Origin: Nitrosopumilus sp.
Lineage (GTDB): Archaea; Thermoproteota; Nitrososphaeria; Nitrososphaerales; Nitrosopumilaceae
Reading direction: 5' to 3'
DNA length: 64,000 nt
Assembly (NCBI GenBank): GCA_965203315.1
Contig: OZ241857.1
Location: 1,408,001 to 1,472,000 of the forward strand
Within the stretch, counting starts at the first letter, position 1. The number at the start of each line of letters is the position of its first letter. This document shows, piece by piece, positions 39,386 through 49,969 of the stretch. Position numbers and translations under genes: made by a program. The notes under the pieces were generated by a model. It ran no database searches. It was not told where the DNA came from and saw only the letters and a program-made list of their open reading frames with translations.

Positions 39386-39823
39386 TTATCATCACACATG
39401 TTGATCTCTAGATCATTTCTCTCGAGATATACTTGGGAGTCTGCCAAGCAGTTTAATACATTGCTATCTTTATGAATCGACTATACGTTCAAATCGTTTC
39501 GTGGATAATTTACTATCTGTAAATTCTCTAGTTCTATTTTGAATATTATGTAGTCACATGTATGAACAATAAGAATTATTTTAGATGATATTTACGCAGT
39601 TGTCAATCTGTCTGTTGAATAATAGTATGAACTTTATTGAAATTAATTTATCCAAAATATCTAGTATCTAATTGTATTCAAAATGAGAATAATACTTGAT
39701 ATAAAATACACGTGATTTTTGTGTATGAATATACATTTTATGTTTACTTGTGTGTCACTTTAAGATTTTTGGTTAGATCTATTAATCTACTACGAGTTTA
39801 GAGAATTCACTATATCATCGGTA

Positions 39824-40828
39824 TCAGAGCCAATGTGATCTCTCTAGATATTCATCTATCTCTTCACCATGTAATAATTTGATTAGTGCATTTGCCTGTG
39901 GTGTTGATAGTACAGGTTTACTAAATTTGTTATCAGTAGATATTCTGGGACATGCTACCTGAATAAATGCATCAATGCCCTTTAGATTCATTAATCGTTC
40001 ATTTGTAATATCAGTTAGTGCAAAGAGTTGAACTTGAAGGCCCAACTCTTCTAATTCTCTCTTTATCTGTAGTGCAAAGACTTTGGAGAGCTGACCCTCC
40101 TTGAGTCCTACTATAACACCAAATGACTTGGCATCCATTGCTTTGTATATGGCAAGAGTTGCCTTTCGTTTCAACTTTTGTGCAAACTCTGATATCTCTC
40201 TAACTTCATTAAAGTGTGGATCAAGTACATATGTGGGCAATCCCGTTGATAGTACAATTCCTGCTGCATGAAAGTTACTCTGTCCTAAAAATACAAAACA
40301 ATCAACATCTTGTTTTAGTTTCACAGCTGGATAAAACTCGCAACCAAATACCTGACCATCATTTAATTGCCCGCCCCCGCTTCCAACCTTTACAATGATG
40401 TTGTGATCTTTTAGAATCTTTGCCACTCTATCTATCTGATGTAGATGTTGACTGTCTGTAACCAAACCTATCGTCTTATTAGATAATATAATACCACACT
40501 TTTCTGCTACATCATCAAATTCTACATCATCAAATGCGTCAACTAGTATTACATCATCAATTCTATCTGTATTTACGGTATGACCTATATTGAATTGAAT
40601 GTCTGCTCCTAAAACTTTACCCGCATTTGAATTGAGATCACAGGTACCCCATGTAGTATCTGCTAGTACATATGCTGGAATTTTATATCGTTTCATAATG
40701 TCTAATGCCATCTCTTGAACTTGAGCTAGTATGCCATCAGGGCCATTGAGCGATACTGATGCTGGATTCTTTGACTCGATCTCTCTATAGATCTTTTGTT
40801 TGTCTATTACTATCAAATCATCTTGCAA
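39824..40828 (-). CDS. dph2: Diphthamide biosynthesis enzyme
   Basis: NGPDG, TTWGTCD, GQVFGCEF, GLKEGQ, VACPRI. Confidence 0.92.
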   Translation of the reverse strand: MQDDLIVIDKQKIYREIESKNPASVSLNGPDGILAQVQEMALDIMKRYKIPAYVLADTTWGTCDLNSNAGKVLGADIQFNIGHTVNTDRIDDVILVDAFDDVEFDDVAEKCGIILSNKTIGLVTDSQHLHQIDRVAKILKDHNIIVKVGSGGGQLNDGQVFGCEFYPAVKLKQDVDCFVFLGQSNFHAAGIVLSTGLPTYVLDPHFNEVREISEFAQKLKRKATLAIYKAMDAKSFGVIVGLKEGQLSKVFALQIKRELEELGLQVQLFALTDITNERLMNLKGIDAFIQVACPRISTDNKFSKPVLSTPQANALIKLLHGEEIDEYLERSHWL

Positions 40829-40891
40829 TCTAGTACTAATAATTTAAACCAACATACAAACAAGTAAAAATGTTATAGTTTCATGTTATGT

Positions 40892-42208
40892 ATGGTTAAG
40901 AGTATACTGCACGTTGGTTTTGATGACACCGACTCTCCAAAAGGTATGTGTACTACATTTCTAGCCTACAAGATAGTATCTTCATTGTATAGAACAGCAG
41001 AGTTTCTTGACTTTCCACGACTGATTCGATTTAATCCAAATATACCGTGGAAGACTAGAGGTAATGGTGCAGTATCATTATACATGCGCACTCAAAATCC
41101 CAATGCTGTAAAGAACAAGATAAGACAGATTGTATACAAGTATGCTGATTTAAAGAACGGTGCAAATCCTGGCCTAGTCTTCTTTGAGGGTCAACAAATG
41201 CCAGACGAGTTTGCAAAGTTTGCTAATTTAGCTCTGTGGCAGTTGATCAGTCGTGATTATGTAAAAAAATTTGTAAACAAACATAATTTAGAGTCTACAT
41301 ATTATGGAAATGGTCAAGGACTAGTTGGTGCTGTAGGAGCAATAGGATACAAATTTGGTGATCACACTTTGGAGCTACTAAGTTATAGGAAACGCTCCAA
41401 GTTTGGTAAACCAAGAGTTATCGAACCAATTAGCGTTAAAAATATGCAAGAGCGTACATGGCCTGAAACGTTTTCTAGTTTTGATACAAAAAGAGGCAGA
41501 GTCTTGATTTCACCTCATGGTCCAGATCCTGTGTTTTATGGAATACGTGGTGAGAGTGTCAACTCGTTACTTGTTGCTAGTACGATGATCAAAACTCCGG
41601 AACAACTAGATGGGTTTATGATATTCAGATCAAATCAAGGTACTGGTGATCATCTTCAAAATACTCTAGATCCAAATAAACTCAGACCCTACATGTCTGG
41701 TATCGTAACTGGTACTGTATGTAGTACACCAAAGATCATTCTTGGCGGTCATGTACTGTTTGGTGTTAAAGTGGATGATACATGTGTTTGGTGTGCAGTG
41801 TACAAACCTACTGGAATTACATCTATTGCAACTAGTCTGATGCTAGGAGATCGTATAACAGTAGGCGGAGGAATACGAAAGGCATCTAGAGATCATACCC
41901 GTGTACTCAACGTCGAGTTTGTTAACGTGATATCTCTTACAAAAAAGTTTATCGTACATAATCCCAAATGTATGAAATGTAGCAAGAGTATGAAGTCCAA
42001 AGGCCGAGGTCAAGGATTTGAGTGCATTAGATGCAAGACCAGATCTGATACAAAGACACATGACCTAGTACGTCGTAATATCTCGAAGAGACTCTACCTG
42101 CCAAGTATCTCTGCTCACAGACATCTCAGTCGTCCAGAACAGCGACTAGGCAAAATTAATCATATATCGTTTGAAGGTGACTCTTGGTTGCGTATATACA
42201 AGAGATAG
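40892..42208 (+). CDS. tiaS: tRNA(Ile2) 2-agmatinylcytidine synthetase
   Basis: GFDDTDSPKGMCTT, NPNIPWKTRGNGA, PHGPDPVFYGIRG, SNQGT, C-terminal Zn ribbon. Confidence 0.95.
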   Translation: MVKSILHVGFDDTDSPKGMCTTFLAYKIVSSLYRTAEFLDFPRLIRFNPNIPWKTRGNGAVSLYMRTQNPNAVKNKIRQIVYKYADLKNGANPGLVFFEGQQMPDEFAKFANLALWQLISRDYVKKFVNKHNLESTYYGNGQGLVGAVGAIGYKFGDHTLELLSYRKRSKFGKPRVIEPISVKNMQERTWPETFSSFDTKRGRVLISPHGPDPVFYGIRGESVNSLLVASTMIKTPEQLDGFMIFRSNQGTGDHLQNTLDPNKLRPYMSGIVTGTVCSTPKIILGGHVLFGVKVDDTCVWCAVYKPTGITSIATSLMLGDRITVGGGIRKASRDHTRVLNVEFVNVISLTKKFIVHNPKCMKCSKSMKSKGRGQGFECIRCKTRSDTKTHDLVRRNISKRLYLPSISAHRHLSRPEQRLGKINHISFEGDSWLRIYKR

Positions 42209-42295
42209 CGGGGAGTAGATTTGAACTACTGATTTGCGGGTTATGAGCCCGCCGGGATGACCTAGTCCTTAATAGTCTGACTTCCCCACCCCGCT
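42206..42295 (-). tRNA. Initiator tRNA-Met(CAT) with ~15 nt intron in the D-loop
   Basis: A1-U72 (agcgggg/ccccgct), G-C-rich anticodon stem gcggg-ctcataa-cccgc, extra sequence (approx. tcagactattaagga) between D-stem halves ggga/tccc. Confidence 0.88.
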
Positions 42296-43093
42296 AAACA
42301 CCAAATGATCCATACCTTATATACGCTTTAGGCTCTCATTCTGCGAATTGAGGCAACTATGTTGAAAAACTGTACAGTTTTGTTGTCATTACAATTGAGA
42401 TGATTCTCATGCTTGTGTTTAGTATCAACTTTATCCATGCGTTAGAGATGATCAAAGCCAGCTGATTATTCATCTAAATGAGCTATTGGATTAAAGGCCA
42501 CTAATTTAGGGAATGCCCATTTTTATCATGCATGCGACAATAGCCTTTGTTATATTCCGGAGGATTGTTGCCGTCTGTCATCCATGACTGATATAACGTC
42601 TTAACCTTGGCACCACATTTACCAAAGAACAACATCGTCAATCATAGCCACAACTTTCTTTCTGGCTAATCATACTTGTATATTTTTAATAATGTGATTC
42701 AGAAGCGATTAAACACTACTCTAAGACAGTAAGCGTCTCTTGCTTTATACTGTACCAGAAAAAGAGTGTCTTCAGATGTTGTGCATATGATTCTTTTTGA
42801 TTTATGTGTGATGTAATTTTTAGAGATACTAGATTTTACAAGAACATTTTTAGAAAAAATCACATAAAATATCATCCCATGTAAATCAGGGCCACTAACC
42901 AAGCTATGAAGAATACTCAATACAAACACTCTACAAGACAGTCAAAACTTGTCGATTCTGTGAAATGTAGATTTTGTATGTGACGTACAAGATATCTGAT
43001 CTGGCATCTCAGACAACTAGATACTTTCTAGCCTATACTGGCATTTAGCTTGATACAGATTCAAATTAATATCATTCATGTTTTATATTGTTT

Positions 43094-44185
43094 ATGAACA
43101 AGTGGGTCAGCATTATTGCCGTTGTAGGGGCATTAGCATTCTCGATATCTGTTATCACGTTACCATCTGATCCAATACCTCTTCCTCCTCCGCCCAATAC
43201 CACTAAAAATGCCTCTGTTACTGTTATTGCTCAAAACCTAGAGAATCCTAGAGCATTAGCGACCCATGGTGATCGTATATTTGTCACAGAGAAGGGTGGC
43301 GCACTTCGTGTAGTCCAAGATGACACTCTCTTAGAGTCTCCTCTAGCAACATTTAGGAGTGTTGACACATTTGATGGCGGTCTAATTGGAGTTGCAGTAC
43401 ACCCCAATTTTGACGAGAATCATTATCTCTACGTGTTTGTGACCTATGAGCGAGGAGACCAACTCTACAACAAGATCGTACAAATAACCGAATCTAACAA
43501 CAGATTAGAGTCTACCAAGACCATCTTGGATGATATACCTAGTTCCCAGTTTACAAACGGCGGTTTCATAAAATTTGGACCAGACAATAAACTGTATATC
43601 GGTACAGGAGCTACATCTGATGCATCTCATCTACCACAAGATATCAACTCGTTATCTGGCAAGATTCTACGCATCAATGACGATGGAACTATACCTGATG
43701 ATAATCCATGGCCCAACTCTCCTGTCTACTCTATAGGACATCGAAATCCACAAGGAATGACTTGGGATGATAACGGTCGTCTATTTGTAGCAGAGTTTGG
43801 ACCAGAGAAGAACGACGAGATAAATTTGATACTGCCCGGCAAAAACTATGGTTGGCCGGAACTAGAGTGTACCGGTAATGAGCGATTCGAAGCAGCTGTA
43901 CTATGTTATGATCCTAGTATTGAACCAGGGGGAATCTTGTATTATGCAGGAGACCGACTAGATATCGACTCTCCGTTTATTATGGCGTCACTACGCTCGT
44001 CAAATCTATATCAACTAGACTTTGAAGAGGGTCTTGCATCGCAAAAGGCTATGCTTGGCGGCGTTGGTCGCATTCGTGATGTTGTTGTATCTGCAGATCA
44101 AAGCATATACGTCATTACATCAAATACCGATGGAAAAGGATTTCCAGATCCTATGGATGATAAACTGTTGAGGGTATCGAGATGA
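43094..44185 (+). CDS. PQQ-dependent glucose/sorbosone dehydrogenase family protein, membrane-anchored
   Basis: GGLIGVAVHPNF, KFGPDNKLY, GKILRINDDG, GHRNPQG, DEINLI..GKNYGWP, GRIRDV. Confidence 0.9.
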   Translation: MNKWVSIIAVVGALAFSISVITLPSDPIPLPPPPNTTKNASVTVIAQNLENPRALATHGDRIFVTEKGGALRVVQDDTLLESPLATFRSVDTFDGGLIGVAVHPNFDENHYLYVFVTYERGDQLYNKIVQITESNNRLESTKTILDDIPSSQFTNGGFIKFGPDNKLYIGTGATSDASHLPQDINSLSGKILRINDDGTIPDDNPWPNSPVYSIGHRNPQGMTWDDNGRLFVAEFGPEKNDEINLILPGKNYGWPELECTGNERFEAAVLCYDPSIEPGGILYYAGDRLDIDSPFIMASLRSSNLYQLDFEEGLASQKAMLGGVGRIRDVVVSADQSIYVITSNTDGKGFPDPMDDKLLRVSR

Positions 44186-45435
44186 CTAGTTCCATTCCCA
44201 AGTTCTTTGCAAAGTCTAGAGAGGAGCGACTAGATATCATAAAAGACTTTGCCAATCTCAACAGTGCCGATATCGCTATTCTAAATGATATTGATGGTGG
44301 AGTCTCTTTTGAGCGCGCAGACAAGATGGTCGAGAATGCGATTGGTACTTTTTCGTTACCATTGGGTATTGCGACAAACTTTACTGTAAATGGTAGGGAC
44401 CATCTAGTCCCTATGGCAATAGAAGAACCATCTGTAATTGCAGCAGCATCCAAGGCCGCCAAGGCTGCTCGTTATCATGGTGGATTCACAGTTGTATCTG
44501 ATGAGCCATACAGCATTGGTCAAATACAGCTGATCTCTGTAGACTCGAACGCGGCATCTAGAATTCAAGAACATGCTGATGAGATCCTCAGCTTGGCAAA
44601 CTCAAAGAGTTCAACATTATCCAAACTTGGTCGCGGTGCAAAACAGATCCAATGTAGAGAGATCACTACACCATCTGGTGAGATGCTCATAGTCGAAATT
44701 ATAATAGATGTTGGAGATGCAATGGGCGCAAACGTCACAAATACAATGTGCGAAGCTATATCTCCATTACTTGCTGACATCACTGGTGGTAGACCTCTAC
44801 TTCGTATACTGTCAAACTATTCTACTAAACGAATGGTAGACGCAACTGCTGTCTTTGCTGTTGATCAAGTTGGTGGCAAAAAGATAGTAGATGATATCAT
44901 ACTGGCATACGAGTTTGCAGACAATGACATCTATCGTGCAGTGACTCACAACAAAGGAGTCATGAATGGCATTACTGCAGTTGCAAACGCTATAGGTCAA
45001 GATAGTAGAGCCATAGAGGCAGCAGCTCATGCATATGCAGCTCATACTGGTAGATATCGATCTCTGACACAATGGAGTAGTGACGACTCGGGTAATCTAG
45101 TTGGCAGACTCGCAGTTCCACTAGCTGTAGGTATAGTCGGTGGTATCTCAAATGTTCATCCTGTTGCCAAAGTATGTGCCAAGATATTGGATGTAGACTC
45201 TGCTCGTGCTCTAAGTTGTGTGATGGCAGCAGCTGGTCTTGCACAAAACTATGCTGCACTCCGAGCTCTTGTTACAGATGGAATCCAAAAGGGCCACATG
45301 AGACTTCACGCGCGTAATCTAGCTGCCGCTGCCGGAGCATCCCCAGATCAAATAGATCATATAGTTGAAACAATGATTGAGCAAAGAGATATCTCTCTAG
45401 ATAATGCAAGATATCTAGTATCTGGCATCGCTTGA
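44182..45435 (+). CDS. mvaA: Class II HMG-CoA reductase
   Basis: ENAIG, PMAIEEPSVIAA, DAMGAN, THNKGVMNG, GIQKGHMRLH. Confidence 0.93.
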   Translation: MTSSIPKFFAKSREERLDIIKDFANLNSADIAILNDIDGGVSFERADKMVENAIGTFSLPLGIATNFTVNGRDHLVPMAIEEPSVIAAASKAAKAARYHGGFTVVSDEPYSIGQIQLISVDSNAASRIQEHADEILSLANSKSSTLSKLGRGAKQIQCREITTPSGEMLIVEIIIDVGDAMGANVTNTMCEAISPLLADITGGRPLLRILSNYSTKRMVDATAVFAVDQVGGKKIVDDIILAYEFADNDIYRAVTHNKGVMNGITAVANAIGQDSRAIEAAAHAYAAHTGRYRSLTQWSSDDSGNLVGRLAVPLAVGIVGGISNVHPVAKVCAKILDVDSARALSCVMAAAGLAQNYAALRALVTDGIQKGHMRLHARNLAAAAGASPDQIDHIVETMIEQRDISLDNARYLVSGIA

Positions 45436-45716
45436 TTCTGGTTACATTCTATCTATTCGACTCCATGTCTATCCAATCCTGTAGGCAACTCTTCGTTATC
45501 CATAAATTTAGCAAAACACACAATTCAAAACTTTATGAATAAACTCATCATATCTTACAAACTTTAGCTAGTCATATGCTGGGGTATATATCATTGAGAT
45601 CAATACACCGAGACATCAAACACACAGTACTGATCATGACATCTTTGATAGTAAATGACGTACAAGAATCCATAGATATCCATAGAGATTAATAGTATAA
45701 CTTGAAATAATAATAC

Positions 45717-46595
45717 ATGTCGGAGTTGGGTACCTTTTATGATGATATAACATCATTTCTGAGCTCACAGCGATTCAGCGTGTTCACATGTAGTAGTAAC
45801 TCTAAATTTTCAAAGTCGATGTCTACTATACTATGGAATGAGGATGAAGAGTATGAGGACTTTTTTCAGATTGCAAAGAATGAAGGTGTAACCATCATCT
45901 TTGAATCTGTACACGAGCTCACAGAAGATGATCTCGAAGACTTGTTTGATAAACTCCCTGATGATCTTAGGGATACTATGGAATCAGAGCTAGAAGAGAC
46001 TCGTGAAAAGATCCGATCCACCGACAATAGAGTAAGCGTCTCATTTTTTTGGATCAAAGATAATATCAGATATATGATTCAGAAAAATTCTTGGTTAGAG
46101 GACATCATCTTTGTCTGTGAGAGTTATGGAAAACTTGCTCAAGACTCTGAGAATCTACCAAAACCACAACATGCCCGATCTGATTATGTATATGAAGAAC
46201 TGAGAAGTCAAGATCCTAATGAACTAGCTAGAGAGTTACACGAGTATATCATGGATGTCGATCCTGATCCATCTGATCGTATGCGGAGTAAATTAACTAG
46301 TGCTTTTTGGGATGAGAAAGGTTTGAAGGGTACAGAACACCTAGATTTTAAACAAGAGATCGATATACTTGCGCATCGAATAACACGAAAGAAGAGTCGT
46401 AAACAACCGGCTTGGACAAAGACAAGTAATCTGTCACTTGCAGAGCTTACTCAAAAATGCATAATATGGGCTAGAAGGAAGAAGATAAAACCAACACAAG
46501 CAGTATTGCGTAGCTATCTATTGGATAATGATGTAATATTAAATCCTGCAGACCTGAAACTTTTGCATCGCAATGTAAGTTCATCATTAAAATAA
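45717..46595 (+). CDS. Hypothetical protein (acidic N-terminus, basic helical C-terminus)
   Basis: 292 aa ORF; no motif recognised. Confidence 0.65.
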   Translation: MSELGTFYDDITSFLSSQRFSVFTCSSNSKFSKSMSTILWNEDEEYEDFFQIAKNEGVTIIFESVHELTEDDLEDLFDKLPDDLRDTMESELEETREKIRSTDNRVSVSFFWIKDNIRYMIQKNSWLEDIIFVCESYGKLAQDSENLPKPQHARSDYVYEELRSQDPNELARELHEYIMDVDPDPSDRMRSKLTSAFWDEKGLKGTEHLDFKQEIDILAHRITRKKSRKQPAWTKTSNLSLAELTQKCIIWARRKKIKPTQAVLRSYLLDNDVILNPADLKLLHRNVSSSLK

Positions 46596-46668
46596 CTATT
46601 GTTCATTTGCATACAAAATCAAATATCTATAAATGCCATTATATACCTGAGAGTCAAGAGTACTGCTA

Positions 46669-47646
46669 TTGTCCGAGATAAGATTTGCAATTCCAAAAGG
46701 AAGTCTAGAAGATGCCACATTCAAGCTCTTGGAGCGTTCTTGGACACGTGTAGCTCGCAAGAGCAGAACATATCGTGTATATCTGGATGATCCCAAGATC
46801 GTGGTCAAGATGTTGAGACCACAAGAGATACCGACTCTGGTGGCAGAAGGACTATACGATGTAGGGATTACTGGCAAGGATTGGGTTGGTGAGACTAGAT
46901 CAGACGTCGAGTCGGTTCTAGATCTAGAGTATGGTAGGATACGACTGGTCGTCGCATTTCCAGACAACTATCGCTATAAAGATATAGATTCTATGATAAG
47001 TGATTACGCAAAGAAAAAGAAGACACTTCGCATATCTTCAGAGTATCTGACTACAGCTAGTAAATTTCTAAAGTCATCTGCATCGTACAAGAGATATCAC
47101 GGTTCAGCGGATCCATTAATAGTCACTCCGTGGGTACGACTAGGAAAGAACAAGAGCGTCCAGATTCATCTCTCTTTTGGCGCAACAGAGGCCAAGCCTC
47201 CCGAGGACGTTGACGCAATCATTGATGTAACAGAGACCGGCACAACTCTAAAACAGAACAAACTAAAGATCGTAGATGAGATCCTTGTATCATCTGCACA
47301 TCTGATAGCAAACAGAGAGTCTATCAAAGATCCAAAAAAGCGCGAAAAGATATTTGATATCATAACTCTACTACGAGGAGCTGTACATGGCGCCAAGTAT
47401 CTGCACATATATCTAAATGTAGAAGAGAAGAATCTCAAAGAACTGTTATCCCAGATGCCTTCATTGAAACGTCCTACAGTTAGTCCACTAAGTGAAGAAG
47501 GTTGGTATGGCGTAAATACAGTAATCCAAAAAACAGAGTATCACAAACTTGTTCCAAAACTTCGCAAGATTGCACAAGGTCTAGTAGTACATGAACCGCG
47601 TCAGATACTCGAACTCGAAGAGATAAAGCGTGACGAAGAGAATTGA
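46669..47646 (+). CDS. hisG: ATP phosphoribosyltransferase
   Basis: FAIPKGSL, RPQEIP, GITGKD, GATEAK, DVTETGTTL. Confidence 0.95.
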   Translation: MSEIRFAIPKGSLEDATFKLLERSWTRVARKSRTYRVYLDDPKIVVKMLRPQEIPTLVAEGLYDVGITGKDWVGETRSDVESVLDLEYGRIRLVVAFPDNYRYKDIDSMISDYAKKKKTLRISSEYLTTASKFLKSSASYKRYHGSADPLIVTPWVRLGKNKSVQIHLSFGATEAKPPEDVDAIIDVTETGTTLKQNKLKIVDEILVSSAHLIANRESIKDPKKREKIFDIITLLRGAVHGAKYLHIYLNVEEKNLKELLSQMPSLKRPTVSPLSEEGWYGVNTVIQKTEYHKLVPKLRKIAQGLVVHEPRQILELEEIKRDEEN

Positions 47647-48908
47647 TAAAGATACTCCAAGTCTCAAACCCTACCAAGTTTGTCAAACAAATATCACATG
47701 ATATCTCTGACCTATCAAAGGTCCAAGGTATCATACATGATATCAGACACGAAGGAGATGCTGCAGTACGCAGATATGAGCAACAATTCTCTGGTACAAA
47801 ACTCGGTTCACTGCGAGTATCTGACTCTGAAGTGTCTCAAGCGCGTCGCCAAGTCACATCTCAAGAGATCTCTGCAATATCACTCATGAAACAACGACTA
47901 GAACGTACAGAGCGTGCTGTATACGCAACGCTCCGAGATATCAAGATACGTGAAGACGGAATAAAGATATCAAAGACCTTTGTTCCGGTATGTACGGTTG
48001 GATGTTATGTACCTGGTGGTCTTGCTAGATATCCCAGCTCTGCCATAATGAGTATAGTTCCAGCCAAAGTTGCAGGTGTACAGAATATTATAGTCGCAAC
48101 TCCTCCAGATCGAGATGGGAATATCGATCCATTGACTATAACTGCAGCAAAGATGTGTGGAGCTGATAATATCTACAAGACAGGTGGAGTTCAAGCTATT
48201 GCCGCAATGGCATACGGGACACGTTCTATACCTAAAGTCGACAAGATCGTAGGGCCAGGTGGCCCATTCGTAACTGCAGCAAAGCATCTAGTCAGTAATA
48301 ATACATCGATAGACATGACTGCAGGACCTACCGAACTAGGAATAGTAGCTGACTCTGATACAGATCCCCGACTGATATCACTAGACCTCATATCTCAAGC
48401 AGAGCACAGCCGTGACACATCATGTTGTGTTGTTACAGATTCGCAGAGTCTTGCCACTCGTATAGATGATACTCTAAAAGAGTTGATTCCACATGTACGT
48501 CGATCTGATATAGTATCTTCTAGTATTACAAATAATGGATTTATTGCAGTCTGTAGAGACAGAGCAGATATCGTACAACTAGCAAATCTACTTGCGCCAG
48601 AACATCTCCAAGTCATGACCAGAGATGCTTCAAGACTAGCGAGAGAGTTTACGACTGCGGGTCTAGTGTTGGTAGGTAGATACACTCCATCTGCAGCTAG
48701 TGACTATCTGTTGGGATCAAATCACATACTCCCAACGTCTGGTCTAGGAAGAGCCCGTGGCTCGTTATCTGTTTTAGACTTTGTAAAACTACACACCAGT
48801 ATAACATCATCCAAACGTGCTCTATCTGGTATAGCGTCTGAGATGAATAGTATAACTAGTGCCGAAGATCTCACAAATCACTACAAGGCAGTTGAGGGTA
48901 GATTATGA
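47643..48908 (+). CDS. hisD: Histidinol dehydrogenase
   Basis: GCYVPGG, KIVGPGG, AGPTE, SQAEH, APEHL, GSNHILPT. Confidence 0.95.
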   Translation: MIKILQVSNPTKFVKQISHDISDLSKVQGIIHDIRHEGDAAVRRYEQQFSGTKLGSLRVSDSEVSQARRQVTSQEISAISLMKQRLERTERAVYATLRDIKIREDGIKISKTFVPVCTVGCYVPGGLARYPSSAIMSIVPAKVAGVQNIIVATPPDRDGNIDPLTITAAKMCGADNIYKTGGVQAIAAMAYGTRSIPKVDKIVGPGGPFVTAAKHLVSNNTSIDMTAGPTELGIVADSDTDPRLISLDLISQAEHSRDTSCCVVTDSQSLATRIDDTLKELIPHVRRSDIVSSSITNNGFIAVCRDRADIVQLANLLAPEHLQVMTRDASRLAREFTTAGLVLVGRYTPSAASDYLLGSNHILPTSGLGRARGSLSVLDFVKLHTSITSSKRALSGIASEMNSITSAEDLTNHYKAVEGRL

Positions 48909-49969
48909 CAAAAGGTTGGTTTGAGAAGCGAGTATCAGAGTTGTCGAACGATACAGGATACAAGAAACCAGATCTCTATCAAGACACACTAAAACTCGAC
49001 TCGAACGAAAACTATGCGATACCAAAGAGTATTCAGAGTGAACTGGTAACTATGGCCAAACGTAGATCTGATATCAGATCATATCCACTTGGCAGAGTTG
49101 ATCGTCTTATTGAACAGCTTGCAAGTTATGTCGGAGTACCGCCATCAATGATCGGCGTAGGCAACGGATCAGATCAGATCCTAGATATGCTGCTGGCAAA
49201 CTTTGCTAAAAACAAGAGAGTCTTGCTAGCAAATCCATCATTCAGCTTTGTACAAGATCGATGTCGTCTATACGACATACAAACGACGCATGTACAATTT
49301 GTAGATCATAAATTTGATATCGCAGAGTTTGAGCGACATGCTAAATCTGCGGATATTCTATATATCGACTCACCAAACAATCCAACAGGTTTTCAGTTTC
49401 CCAAACGAGATCTGCAGAGACTGATACGATCCTTTGATGGTCTAGTAATAATCGATGAAGCATATGCCGAGTTTGCAGACTATACATTGCACAATATGAC
49501 ACGCAAGCAAAAGAATCTAATCATAACTCGAACACTCTCCAAGTCGTTTGGACTAGCTGGACTACGTCTAGGATACTGTATAGCAGATAGAGAGTTTACA
49601 GAGACGTTCCAGAATGTGATACAGTATCCATATCCGTTGAGTTCACTTACGATCGAGGCAGCAATATCTGCCCTTGATCGAGTAGATACATTATTGGGAT
49701 ACATTGAAACGATCAAAGCAGAACGTACACGCGTTATTAATGCACTACAAGAGTATGACGACTTTGAAGTCTTTGACTCTAGAGCCAACTTTGTACTCTT
49801 TGATGCGCGTGGTGGATATAGCAGAATACATGCAGCCCTACTAGAACAAGGAATCTCGATTCGTAAGTTGGGTACGATCGGTAGCTACGAGGGCTGCCTT
49901 CGAGTAACTATAGGTACAAGAGAGATGAACTCTAAATTTCTACTAGCAGTGCGTGATCTATTCAGATGA
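48905..49969 (+). CDS. hisC: Histidinol-phosphate aminotransferase
   Basis: KLDSNEN, GNGSD, SPNNPTG, DEAYAEF, RTLSKSFGLAGLRLGY. Confidence 0.95.
   Translation: MTKGWFEKRVSELSNDTGYKKPDLYQDTLKLDSNENYAIPKSIQSELVTMAKRRSDIRSYPLGRVDRLIEQLASYVGVPPSMIGVGNGSDQILDMLLANFAKNKRVLLANPSFSFVQDRCRLYDIQTTHVQFVDHKFDIAEFERHAKSADILYIDSPNNPTGFQFPKRDLQRLIRSFDGLVIIDEAYAEFADYTLHNMTRKQKNLIITRTLSKSFGLAGLRLGYCIADREFTETFQNVIQYPYPLSSLTIEAAISALDRVDTLLGYIETIKAERTRVINALQEYDDFEVFDSRANFVLFDARGGYSRIHAALLEQGISIRKLGTIGSYEGCLRVTIGTREMNSKFLLAVRDLFR

Noticed and set aside
42330-43020. Possible degraded transposase or IS remnant upstream of the tRNA-Met gene
   Set aside because: Fragmented frames (a lone TDG motif) and no convincing TIR pair
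44182-45435. Bacterial-type class II HMG-CoA reductase as recent transfer
   Set aside because: Host-like composition and, with the aconitase-X pair, fits the expected mevalonate pathway of this lineage
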